Assembly: GCA_965224485.1 (NCBI GenBank)
Contig: CBDCZH010000015.1
Location: 32,001 to 96,000, forward strand
DNA length: 64,000 nt
Source of the DNA: Arcobacteraceae bacterium
Lineage (GTDB): Bacteria; Campylobacterota; Campylobacteria; Campylobacterales; Arcobacteraceae
Direction of reading: 5' to 3'
Shown here: in pieces, positions 55,834 to 63,942 of the stretch
Layout of the letters: each line of letters begins with the position of its first letter
How positions within the stretch are numbered: position 1 is the first letter of the stretch
The notes under the pieces: generated by a model
The model's input: only the letters and a program-made list of their open reading frames with translations
Told to the model about the DNA's origin: nothing
Databases searched by the model: none
Made by a program: the position numbers and the translations under genes

Positions 55834-56216
55834 GAAAAAGAGAGCTTTTAAGTCCTGATTTAACGCCTTTAATAGATGTAGTTTTTATTCTTTTAATATT
55901 TTTTATAGTTTCATCTGTATTTAAAAAAAATGAACTTGCTTTAGTTTTAAATCTTCCTAAATCCCAAGCCCAAGAAATAAAAATAAAACCAAAAGAAGTG
56001 ATAATTGAACTAAATGTGCAAAGTCTTGCGTTATACGGGAAAATAACAAATTTAAAAGATTTTGAAGAAGATATTATTAACATAAAGAATAAAGAAGATG
56101 TAGTTTTATTTAAAATTGATAAAGATGTAAAATATAATAAAGTTGTAAAAATTTTAGATATTTTACAAAAAAATAAGCTTTTTAATATCTCTTTAATAAC
56201 ACAAAAGAAAGAATAA
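55830..56216 (+). CDS. exbD: ExbD/TolR protein
   Basis: DLTPLIDVVFILLIFFIV. Confidence 0.92.
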   Translation: MRKRELLSPDLTPLIDVVFILLIFFIVSSVFKKNELALVLNLPKSQAQEIKIKPKEVIIELNVQSLALYGKITNLKDFEEDIINIKNKEDVVLFKIDKDVKYNKVVKILDILQKNKLFNISLITQKKE

Positions 56217-56226
56217 TATTTATTTA

Positions 56227-56276
56227 TAATAATAACTATCAGTATTAATAATATATTAAGAATTTCCTATTATACT
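56227..56276 (+). promoter_or_regulatory. Fur-like site (56227-56241) plus sigma70-type promoter (-10 TATACT 56271-56276)
   Basis: TAATAAT-A-ACTATCA; TTAAG element upstream of TATACT. Confidence 0.5.
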
Positions 56277-56281
56277 TACAC

Positions 56282-56423
56282 TGTTTTAACAACACTTATT
56301 ATTTAAGTTCCTGAATAATTTAATGTTACTGGCATTACATTAAATAACTGTTTTTAAATACTGCCATATTTAAAAGCTTAATATAATATTTAAAAAGAAA
56401 GGAAGCATATGCTTCCTTTTTTT
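56282..56423 (+). ncRNA. Candidate ~140-nt small RNA
   Basis: Own promoter, three hairpins, intrinsic terminator, no credible ORF. Confidence 0.55.
56398..56423 (+). terminator. Intrinsic terminator
   Basis: AAAGGAAGC-ATAT-GCTTCCTTT-TTTT. Confidence 0.8.
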
Positions 56424-56440
56424 ATGTATTTTAATATTTA

Positions 56441-56506
56441 TGATAATAGTTATCACTATTAAAGAATCTTTAAGATTTATTATACTAGAATTAATAATCA
56501 TTATCA
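56441..56506. promoter_or_regulatory. Two Fur boxes flanking a TATACT -10
   Basis: TGATAATAGTTATCA (56441-56455), TAATAATCATTATCA (56492-56506). Confidence 0.78.
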
Positions 56507-56520
56507 CAATAGGAGTTAAG

Positions 56521-56589
56521 ATGTTATATTATGAACTTGTATTTGAAAATAAAAAAAAATTAATACAACCAACTGGTTGTACATGTTAA
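56521..56589 (+). CDS. 22-aa peptide MLYYELVFENKKKLIQPTGCTC
   Basis: AGGAG RBS at 56511-56515; stop overlaps next gene's RBS. Confidence 0.6.
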   Translation: MLYYELVFENKKKLIQPTGCTC

Positions 56590-56599
56590 GGATTGTATT

Positions 56600-56932
56600 A
56601 TGAGTATTTTAGTTATAGGTGGAGATCAGATAAATTCAATAAGGTCAATGTTAACAAACCTTGGTGCACAAACTATTAATCACTGGGATGCTAGAAAAAA
56701 ATCTTCTGCTCCTAAGAAGAAAATCCCTCAGGATACTGATTGTATAGTAATGCTAACATCATTTTTAAATCATAATACTATGCTTAAGTATAAAACTCAA
56801 GCTAAAAAACAAAAAATTCCTTTTGTATGTGCTAAAAGATCAATATCTTGTGTATATGATGAATATGTAAAAATCATGGGAATAACAGATTGTACTCAGT
56901 GTTATGCTGATTGTGTTAAGAAAAACAAGTAA
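56600..56932 (+). CDS. DUF2325 domain protein
   Basis: MSILVIGGD..LGA..HW..IP.DTD.IV.LT.FLNH; Cys-rich tail CTQCYADC. Confidence 0.85.
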   Translation: MSILVIGGDQINSIRSMLTNLGAQTINHWDARKKSSAPKKKIPQDTDCIVMLTSFLNHNTMLKYKTQAKKQKIPFVCAKRSISCVYDEYVKIMGITDCTQCYADCVKKNK

Positions 56933-56938
56933 ACTATT

Positions 56939-57709
56939 ATGAGTATAACTAGCTGTAATCAGGTGTTAATTGGTTTTATAAATAATGTAGAATCACTGCC
57001 TAAAGATTTTGATGAATTTAATTCAAAAATTAAATTAAGACAACTATTTTTAGCTTTAATTAATCCTTTTATTAAAGAATACTGTACATTTTCTTCTTAT
57101 GAAAGAAAAAAACTTAGCGCATTAAGCTTAGAAAAGATTTTTAAAGAAAAAATAAAAACACTAATGCCGATTTCATATGTTCTTACTTTTAGTCAAACTA
57201 AAAGTTTTACACTTGATATTGAATCTACAATTATAATTAATAACTATAAGAATAAAGAACAAAAGAGTATTGTATTTTATTATAAAAATCTAAACTCTTT
57301 AGCAAAACTAATCTCATTATGTTTTGTTAACAATAAAATGCAAGTGCAATTTGATATTAATTTATTATTTCATCAATTTGTTTTTAATAAAATAAAAAAC
57401 TTACATAAAAATAAAGAAGTAATTGATAGTGGAGATTCTATTTGCATTTTATCAAATACAGATATGCCATTAAAAATTTATACTTCTTGGAAAAGCATAG
57501 ATACAAAAAAACTAAATATTAGTCATGAACTCAATCATGCAATTGAGAGTATCAAACAAAGTGAGTTTAAAAAAATATATTTGGTTTACCCAAAAGCATT
57601 AAACTTTAAAAGACATGTACCAATAAAAGTCGAAGAACTTAAAGACGAAAATTATTATATAAAAGTAATACCTTATTCTCTTCGATCAACAATTAGAAAT
57701 TTAAAATAA
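56939..57709 (+). CDS. Hypothetical protein with degenerate McrC-like C-terminal half
   Basis: FDINLLFHQFV, IYTSWK, KKIYLVYPK. Confidence 0.55.
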   Translation: MSITSCNQVLIGFINNVESLPKDFDEFNSKIKLRQLFLALINPFIKEYCTFSSYERKKLSALSLEKIFKEKIKTLMPISYVLTFSQTKSFTLDIESTIIINNYKNKEQKSIVFYYKNLNSLAKLISLCFVNNKMQVQFDINLLFHQFVFNKIKNLHKNKEVIDSGDSICILSNTDMPLKIYTSWKSIDTKKLNISHELNHAIESIKQSEFKKIYLVYPKALNFKRHVPIKVEELKDENYYIKVIPYSLRSTIRNLK

Positions 57710-57719
57710 AAGGACCATA

Positions 57720-58217
57720 ATGGCAAGCGCAATATTTTTTGCAAGCAGTACAGGAAACACAGAAGAAATAGCAAATGATATTTCAAGTGCATTAAACCAA
57801 ATAGAAACATATAATATTTGTGATACTAGTATAAGTGAAGTAAACAATTATGATAAAGTAATTTTTGGAATATCAACTTGGGGTGAAGGTGATTTACAAG
57901 ATGACTGGGAAGATATTTGGGATGAGTTTAAAGAACTAGATTTTACAAATAAAACAGTAGCTTTATTTGGTTTAGGAGATCAAGATTCTTATGGAGATGA
58001 GTTCGTAGATGCCTTAGGTATTATGTATGATTCTTTAAAAGAAAAAGGTGCAAATATTATTGGTTTTACATCAATAGATGGTTATGAGTTTGATGAGTCA
58101 AAAGCCCAAAGAGGTGATGAATTTGTAGGTCTAGTAATAGATGAAGATAATCAAGATGATTTAAGCGCACAAAGAGTAAAAGAATGGACAGAAAAAATAA
58201 AATTAGAAATATTATAA
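57720..58217 (+). CDS. fldA: Long-chain flavodoxin
   Basis: SSTGNTE, STWGEG, FGLGDQ..Y..F.DA, FVGL.IDEDNQ. Confidence 0.95.
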   Translation: MASAIFFASSTGNTEEIANDISSALNQIETYNICDTSISEVNNYDKVIFGISTWGEGDLQDDWEDIWDEFKELDFTNKTVALFGLGDQDSYGDEFVDALGIMYDSLKEKGANIIGFTSIDGYEFDESKAQRGDEFVGLVIDEDNQDDLSAQRVKEWTEKIKLEIL

Positions 58218-58245
58218 TTTATCTTTTAAGCGTTTTTCCTCTTAG

Positions 58246-58281
58246 TATCAGTATATTTATTTTTTATAAATATGCTGATAG
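58246..58281. terminator. Hairpin between convergent fldA and fur
   Basis: TATCAGTATATTTA..TAAATATGCTGATA. Confidence 0.55.
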
Positions 58282-58344
58282 TTTAAGTATTTTGATATTT
58301 GAAGCAAGTTCAAATATTCACTTATACCTAGAATAAGTATAAAC

Positions 58345-58788
58345 TTATTTGGCTTGGCAGGGTTTACAAATTCCATATAATTGCATAGAATGACTACTAA
58401 TTTTAAAAGCATTCTTTTTTGCAATTTTATCTTGTCTTTTTTCTATTTCATTATCTACAAATTCAACAATTTTTCCACATGCAGTACAAATTAAATGATC
58501 ATGGTGCTCTTTTGAATTTGATTCAAATTTTTTACCATCAGCTCCAAAAGTAATAGAAGTAATTAAATTAACTTCTTCTAAAAAGCTTAAAGCTCTATAT
58601 ACTGTTGCAATTCCAACATTAGAATCTGGGTATTTTATTTTGATTTCATTATATACATCTTCTGCACTTAAGTGACTAGTACTATTTATTAATACCAATA
58701 AAACAATCTCTCTTTGTTCTGTATATTTTAAACCTTTTTGTTTAACAATATTTTTTAACTCTTCTATGACTTTTTCATTATTTGACAT
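58345..58788 (-). CDS. fur: Ferric uptake regulator (Fur family)
   Basis: T.QR, HLSAEDVY, GIATVYRAL, HHDHLICTACG, CKPC. Confidence 0.9.
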   Translation of the reverse strand: MSNNEKVIEELKNIVKQKGLKYTEQREIVLLVLINSTSHLSAEDVYNEIKIKYPDSNVGIATVYRALSFLEEVNLITSITFGADGKKFESNSKEHHDHLICTACGKIVEFVDNEIEKRQDKIAKKNAFKISSHSMQLYGICKPCQAK

Positions 58789-58878
58789 TATTTGTCCTTA
58801 AACACATTTAATTGTATATTCATATATTATAATAACTTATATTAAACTTTACAAAACTATAAATATAAGTTTTTTTTA

Positions 58879-59127
58879 TTATAAATCTTTAATTTCTTGT
58901 TTTGCTGAAGTGATATTTTTCTTACTTGAAGTTACTTTTTCTTTTTTATCATTCTTATACAAAAGGTGATGCCATAGAGCAAAGCCACAAAATGCAGCCC
59001 CTGCAGTAATATGTATCTTCTTTGATAATTTATTTTTCATAAACATTGAAGTTACAACAGTTGCACCTAATGTTGCAGTCATTGCTATTTTAGCAATTTC
59101 CTTTTTTGTTTCTAAGTCAACTTTCAT
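58879..59127 (-). CDS. Small membrane protein with His residues (start likely 59127, not 59190)
   Basis: KIAMTATLGATVVTS..KIHITAGAAFCGFALWHH; AAGGA RBS. Confidence 0.7.
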   Translation of the reverse strand: MKVDLETKKEIAKIAMTATLGATVVTSMFMKNKLSKKIHITAGAAFCGFALWHHLLYKNDKKEKVTSSKKNITSAKQEIKDL

Positions 59128-59239
59128 TCCTTCTTTTCCTTCTTTTTTCTCTTCTTTGAATCGTTTTTTTTGTTCCAACAATTGTTTCATATGTCAATGC
59201 TGCTGTTAATAATGTAGCAAGTGGTAGTAAAATCGGCAT
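59117..59239 (-). CDS. 40-aa TM + basic-tail microprotein MPILLPLATLLTAALTYETIVGTKKTIQRREKRRKRRNES
   Basis: AAAGGA RBS, Fur boxes upstream, overlaps next start. Confidence 0.65.
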   Translation of the reverse strand: MPILLPLATLLTAALTYETIVGTKKTIQRREKRRKRRNES

Positions 59240-59254
59240 TTAAATCCTTTATTT

Positions 59255-59314
59255 CAATAATAATTATCAATATTTTAACCTATTTTTCTTAAAATAGACT
59301 GATAATTATTATCA
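59255..59314. promoter_or_regulatory. Two Fur boxes
   Basis: Perfect TGATAATTATTATCA (59300-59314) and CAATAATAATTATCA (59255-59269). Confidence 0.8.
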
Positions 59315-59325
59315 AATTAAAAGTT

Positions 59326-61434
59326 TTAATTTAATTTAACACCTTTTATAGAATTAAGTAATAATCCTATTGTTGTTCCATTATGTAACACAGCAGTTGT
59401 CATAGGAGAAAACAATCCAAGTGTTGCACCTGCTAAAATAACAGAATTTATACCAACAGTTGCATTAAAATTCTTAGTTATTAAACTCATAGTATTATTA
59501 GCATACTCTTTTGCTTCAACAACAGCTGCTATATCATCTTTTAATAAAGATACATCAGCAGTAGCTTTAGCTATATCAGCACCCTTACTCATAGAAATAC
59601 CAACATGAGAAGATATTAAAGCAGGAGCATCATTAATTCCATCACCTATAAAAGCAACCTTACGCCCATTTCCCATCATCTCTTTTACTATTTTTGCCTT
59701 ATCTTCTGGTAAAAGTTCAGCATGAACTTCTGTAATTCCTAAAGCATCTGCTATCATTAGCGCTTTTTTACTTGTATCACCTGAAAGCATAACTATATTT
59801 TTAACACCTAAGTCTCTTAGTTTAGCTATTGATTCTTTTGCATTATGTCTTAAATCATCAGCTAATTCAATAGTTCCAAGTAACTCATGATCATAACCTA
59901 TGTATAAAAGAGTTTTACCATCTTCTAAGGATTTATTTATCTCTTTTTGATGTTTAACAAAAGAAATATTTTCATCATCTTGTAAAAAATGTCTTGAACC
60001 TATAATTACTGTTTTTCCGTTAACTTCAGTTTTTACACCGTGCGCTACAATAAATTCAACTTCTTCATGATGCATATGAACAAAACCGTTTTGTTTTGCA
60101 GCTTTAACAACAGCATCAGCAACTGGATGAAAATAGTGTTCTTCTGTACTAGCAGTTAAATTTAAAATCTCTTCTTTAGTCCATTTTTTACTATATGAAA
60201 CAACTTCTATAACTTCAAGTTCACCAGAAGTTAATGTTCCTGTTTTATCAAAAACAAAAGTATCAGCACTAGCAAGTGCTTCAATAGATTTAGCACCTTT
60301 AATCATAATACCATTATGTCCAGCTTTTGAAATAGTTGATTTAAAAGCAACAGGAGTAGCTAGTTTTAAAGCACAAGAATAATCAGCTTGTAAAACAGAA
60401 GCTACTCTTTCAAAATCCCTTGAAAAAGCATAAGAAGCAGCAGCTAGTCCTAAAGTAACAGGAACTAGTTTATTTGCTAATTTTGTTGCTTTTAATTGAA
60501 CAGAAGACTTTTCATTAATTGAGTTTTCAATATAATGTTTAATTCTTTGAGTCGAAGTATTTTCGCCAACATACTCAGCCCAAATTTTTATACGTCCTTC
60601 TTCTATAACTGTTCCAGCTATTACTCTATCACCTCTACTTTTAGCAACAGGTTCAGCCTCACCTGTCATAGAAACTTGATTAACAGAAGCACTTCCATGT
60701 ATAATATGCCCATCAATTGCAATTGTACTTCCGGCTCCAACAACAACTATATCACCTGTTTTAATCTCGCCTACTGAAACTAAAACTTCTACAGTTTTAT
60801 CACCCTCTTTTCTTTCAACCCAAGCTTCTTCTACATTTGGTTTAGATAACTCTTTTAATAAATCGTCACTTTTATGAACAGTAGTTTCTTCAATATATTC
60901 ACCTAATTCTAACATTGCATTTGTAGAATTTGCAGCTAAATAATCTTTTCTTAAAATTGAAATACCAACTGCTGCACTTTCTAGTACTTTAGAAGTAAGA
61001 CCTTCTTGAAATAACTCTTTAGCTCCTCCTATTAATAAAGGCGCTGAAGCAAAAGTAGTAATAGCAGCTTTTGACATATCATTGTTTACAAATCTCTCCC
61101 CTACTAAAGCAGAACTTGCACGAATTAGTCCTTTTAAACTAGGTTCTTCTTCACTTACACAAGATACGCAAACTGATGCTTCACTTTTTTGATTTAATAA
61201 ATCATCAATACTTAAAGAAGATAAACTCTCTTCTATTAAAGTACATACCTCATCACTAGTAAAATCAAAAACTATACTATTTGCTTTTTTATTAACTCGT
61301 AAAGTTATAACTCCAGGAATTTTTTTTAAAAAAGATATTAATATATTTTCATCAATGTATTGTTCTTTTAACAAAGAAAATTTATATCTAGCTCTGTTTT
61401 TTGTAAAATGTACTCTTTTAAATGTATTACTCAT
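59326..61434 (-). CDS. P1B-6-type metal ATPase (FezB-like)
   Basis: DYSCALKLATP, DKTGT, TGE, GDGINDAPAL, HNGTT; N-terminal RARY HMA-like domain. Confidence 0.9.
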   Translation of the reverse strand: MSNTFKRVHFTKNRARYKFSLLKEQYIDENILISFLKKIPGVITLRVNKKANSIVFDFTSDEVCTLIEESLSSLSIDDLLNQKSEASVCVSCVSEEEPSLKGLIRASSALVGERFVNNDMSKAAITTFASAPLLIGGAKELFQEGLTSKVLESAAVGISILRKDYLAANSTNAMLELGEYIEETTVHKSDDLLKELSKPNVEEAWVERKEGDKTVEVLVSVGEIKTGDIVVVGAGSTIAIDGHIIHGSASVNQVSMTGEAEPVAKSRGDRVIAGTVIEEGRIKIWAEYVGENTSTQRIKHYIENSINEKSSVQLKATKLANKLVPVTLGLAAASYAFSRDFERVASVLQADYSCALKLATPVAFKSTISKAGHNGIMIKGAKSIEALASADTFVFDKTGTLTSGELEVIEVVSYSKKWTKEEILNLTASTEEHYFHPVADAVVKAAKQNGFVHMHHEEVEFIVAHGVKTEVNGKTVIIGSRHFLQDDENISFVKHQKEINKSLEDGKTLLYIGYDHELLGTIELADDLRHNAKESIAKLRDLGVKNIVMLSGDTSKKALMIADALGITEVHAELLPEDKAKIVKEMMGNGRKVAFIGDGINDAPALISSHVGISMSKGADIAKATADVSLLKDDIAAVVEAKEYANNTMSLITKNFNATVGINSVILAGATLGLFSPMTTAVLHNGTTIGLLLNSIKGVKLN

Positions 61435-61458
61435 TTTTATTATCTCTTATATTAATTT

Positions 61459-61797
61459 TTATTTACTTTCCATTTGAGCTCTTGCATCTTCATATCTCTC
61501 TTTTATCTCTTCCATTCCAGCTTGAAATAAATCACTAGCTTTTGAAGCAGCACCCATAACTTTTTCTTGAGCACCTTTATTAGTTAATAAAAAAGTAACA
61601 GCAGCTCCAATTAAAGCTCCTTTAATAAAATCACTTTGATTAAAACCACCCATCATTCCTGCTTGATTATTAGCTTTATTATTTGCATTCATAGGAAGAT
61701 TATTACCCACATTTTGATTAAGATATGGATTTTGATTAACTACATTAGTATTATTTACTTTTCTACTACTTTCTATATTCATATCATATTGATTCAT
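61459..61797 (-). CDS. Small GxxxG membrane protein with Asn-rich N-terminus (YtxH/Fez accessory-like)
   Basis: FIKGALIGAAVTFLL followed by a helical tail. Confidence 0.75.
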   Translation of the reverse strand: MNQYDMNIESSRKVNNTNVVNQNPYLNQNVGNNLPMNANNKANNQAGMMGGFNQSDFIKGALIGAAVTFLLTNKGAQEKVMGAASKASDLFQAGMEEIKERYEDARAQMESK

Positions 61798-62159
61798 TAT
61801 TTACTCTCTTTTAATGTTTTATTAACTTTTTTAGGCATCATTTTAGCCTTATACTTTTCATCTAATACTTCAATAGCATAAATACCTGCCATTCCTACAG
61901 ATAAAGCATAAAGTGCTTTCATAAAACCACCTTTTTGTCCAATAAAATTAGATGTAGCAATTGCTGCACCTGTTGTTATTGCACCTTGAGAAGTTAATTT
62001 AACAGTATCAGCAATTGCTTGTGAAGTAGATATCTTTTTATCTACTACTTTTTTATAGTTTATAGTTCCAGAAACAATAGCAGATGCAACAGCTCCACTT
62101 ACAATATGACCTACAACATTTCTAGGTTCACCTGTATTAATCATTATTTCATTTGTCAT
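61797..62159 (-). CDS. Small Gly/Ala-rich membrane protein (Fez accessory-like)
   Basis: GHIVSGAVASAIVSG, GAITTGAA, ALSVGMAG. Confidence 0.75.
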   Translation of the reverse strand: MTNEIMINTGEPRNVVGHIVSGAVASAIVSGTINYKKVVDKKISTSQAIADTVKLTSQGAITTGAAIATSNFIGQKGGFMKALYALSVGMAGIYAIEVLDEKYKAKMMPKKVNKTLKESK

Positions 62160-62440
62160 TAATCTTCCTTAGGCTTAGTTTTTCTAACTCTTTTTTTAGT
62201 ACTAGCTTCAGCTACTACTTCTTCTTCTTCTTCTTCAAGTTTTTTTTCTTTAGTATAAGCAGATTTAATACTACTTGTTACATCACAGACTACTTCTTTA
62301 CCTTTTTGAAATGAGTTTACTGCTAAATCTTTTGATTTATCAACTACTTCATCAACTCTATTCTTTAACTTATCACTTTTGTTAAAAGCAACTATCGCTC
62401 CTGCACCTACTGCTAATCCTAAAATAAATGGTAATGCCAT
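62159..62440 (-). CDS. Small N-terminal GxxxG membrane protein (FezA-like)
   Basis: MALPFILGLAVGAGAIVAF. Confidence 0.75.
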   Translation of the reverse strand: MALPFILGLAVGAGAIVAFNKSDKLKNRVDEVVDKSKDLAVNSFQKGKEVVCDVTSSIKSAYTKEKKLEEEEEEVVAEASTKKRVRKTKPKED

Positions 62441-62443
62441 AAC

Positions 62444-63115
62444 TTATTCCTTGTTGTTTTTATTATATGTATTTAAAAGTGCAATACCTGCACTTCCAAT
62501 TGCCGCTCCTGAAATCATTGAAATATTCATCTTTCCTAAAAGCTGAGTAATCTTTGCCTCATCCATATTTCCACTTGTAATATCTTCTAATAACTCTTGA
62601 TATTCTCCTACTTTACTCATAATATTATCACTAGTAAAAGTTTCATCTGCATTATTTGAATTATAAGCTAATACAGAAGCTCTAAATGCTGGTAGATGAT
62701 TATTATAAGATGCTGCTTGTAACTTATATAAGGTATCTTTTATATCAAGTTCATCTGTATGCTCAATTAAGTTATCATACATCTTGATATTATTAATCTC
62801 AGCAGCTACTCCTAACTCATAACACTCAAGTAAGGTAGCTGGAACTTCAATTTTATTAGCCCAGTCATTAATAGGTATATTAACTCCATATTTCTCACAT
62901 AAAGGCATCAAAGCTGTATAATGCACTGCTTCTGCTTCTTTTATATTTACAAATGGATTTACATTACCAAACTTTTCAATAATTGCTACATATGTTTCAT
63001 AAGCATGAAATTCATCATATACAGCAATTCTTAAAACTTGAGAAATCACAGTTTGATCAGAATTTAAATCAACCTTTTGCGATATTAATACTTGTTCATC
63101 TATATTTGTTTCCAA
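62444..63115 (-). CDS. Ferritin-like domain protein with C-terminal GxxxG helix (FezD-like)
   Basis: DEFHA..Y, EAEAVH, AEINNI.MY, ASYNNHLPAF; GAAIGSAG tail. Confidence 0.82.
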   Translation of the reverse strand: METNIDEQVLISQKVDLNSDQTVISQVLRIAVYDEFHAYETYVAIIEKFGNVNPFVNIKEAEAVHYTALMPLCEKYGVNIPINDWANKIEVPATLLECYELGVAAEINNIKMYDNLIEHTDELDIKDTLYKLQAASYNNHLPAFRASVLAYNSNNADETFTSDNIMSKVGEYQELLEDITSGNMDEAKITQLLGKMNISMISGAAIGSAGIALLNTYNKNNKE

Positions 63116-63430
63116 TTAAGAAACCTCCTTCATTAGTTTATTTATTAAACTTGTTATTTCATCTAAATTTTTCTTAGCTATTAAATCATCCCATAATTGT
63201 TTTGGGAAAATTTCTGGATTATACATAATAGTAACAGAACCAATAATTTTTTTAATTTTTATACTAATAATACCATCTATTTGATTTGGCAAGTTTTCTA
63301 TATCATTTATACTTATATTCGAACCTTCTTTTTTTATCTGTGAACTAACTCTTACTCTTAGTCTTCCAGGAGTATGAGCTATAATAGAAAAGTAAGAAGC
63401 TATTTTAATTATGTCATCTGTATTTATCAC
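63116..63430 (-). CDS. HMA-like domain protein (FezC-like)
   Basis: HTPGRLRVR..GI..I....GSVTI.Y.P. Confidence 0.82.
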   Translation of the reverse strand: MINTDDIIKIASYFSIIAHTPGRLRVRVSSQIKKEGSNISINDIENLPNQIDGIISIKIKKIIGSVTIMYNPEIFPKQLWDDLIAKKNLDEITSLINKLMKEVS

Positions 63431-63493
63431 TATTTTTACCTTTGTTATGTCTAATTTTTACCTATCAAATATTAAAAAAACCTTAATATCAAC

Positions 63494-63687
63494 TTAGAAT
63501 CATTATCATAAAAAATAATTTTATTACTTAAAGTGATTATAATATTTTTTTTCATTAATTTATTTAAAAATTTAAATTAGTATAATTAATTATTTATTAA
63601 AATGATATTAATTATCATTATAATTACTTTAATGTAGCTTTAAATTTAATTGTATTATTATTACGTAAGTTATGATACTAGTTATCA
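63494..63687. promoter_or_regulatory. Divergent fez/feo promoter region with three Fur-like boxes
   Basis: TTAGAATCATTATCA (63494), TGATATTAATTATCA (63603), TGATACTAGTTATCA (63673). Confidence 0.75.
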
Positions 63688-63711
63688 TTCTTATTATAAA
63701 AAGGATATGAC

Positions 63712-63942
63712 ATGACCCTAGACAAACTAAAAGTTAACCAACTTGCGATTATACATGATATTAAAGCAGAAGTAAATCTAAAATCAAGATTTAACTCCTT
63801 AGGAATAACAAAAGAAACAAATGTTCAGATTTTGGCAATTACACTTGCAAAAAAAACACTTATTTTACTTGCAAATGATACAACCAAAGTAGCTTTACGA
63901 TTTTCTGAAGCAAAAAAAATAGAGGTATATGATGTTAAATAA
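63712..63942 (+). CDS. feoA: Ferrous iron transport protein A
   Basis: MTLDKL..RFNSLGI..VALR..EA..IEV. Confidence 0.9.
   Translation: MTLDKLKVNQLAIIHDIKAEVNLKSRFNSLGITKETNVQILAITLAKKTLILLANDTTKVALRFSEAKKIEVYDVK

Noticed and set aside
56282..56423. Cobalamin or other known riboswitch
   Set aside because: No recognisable aptamer core, and the downstream operon has its own promoter and Fur boxes after the terminator.
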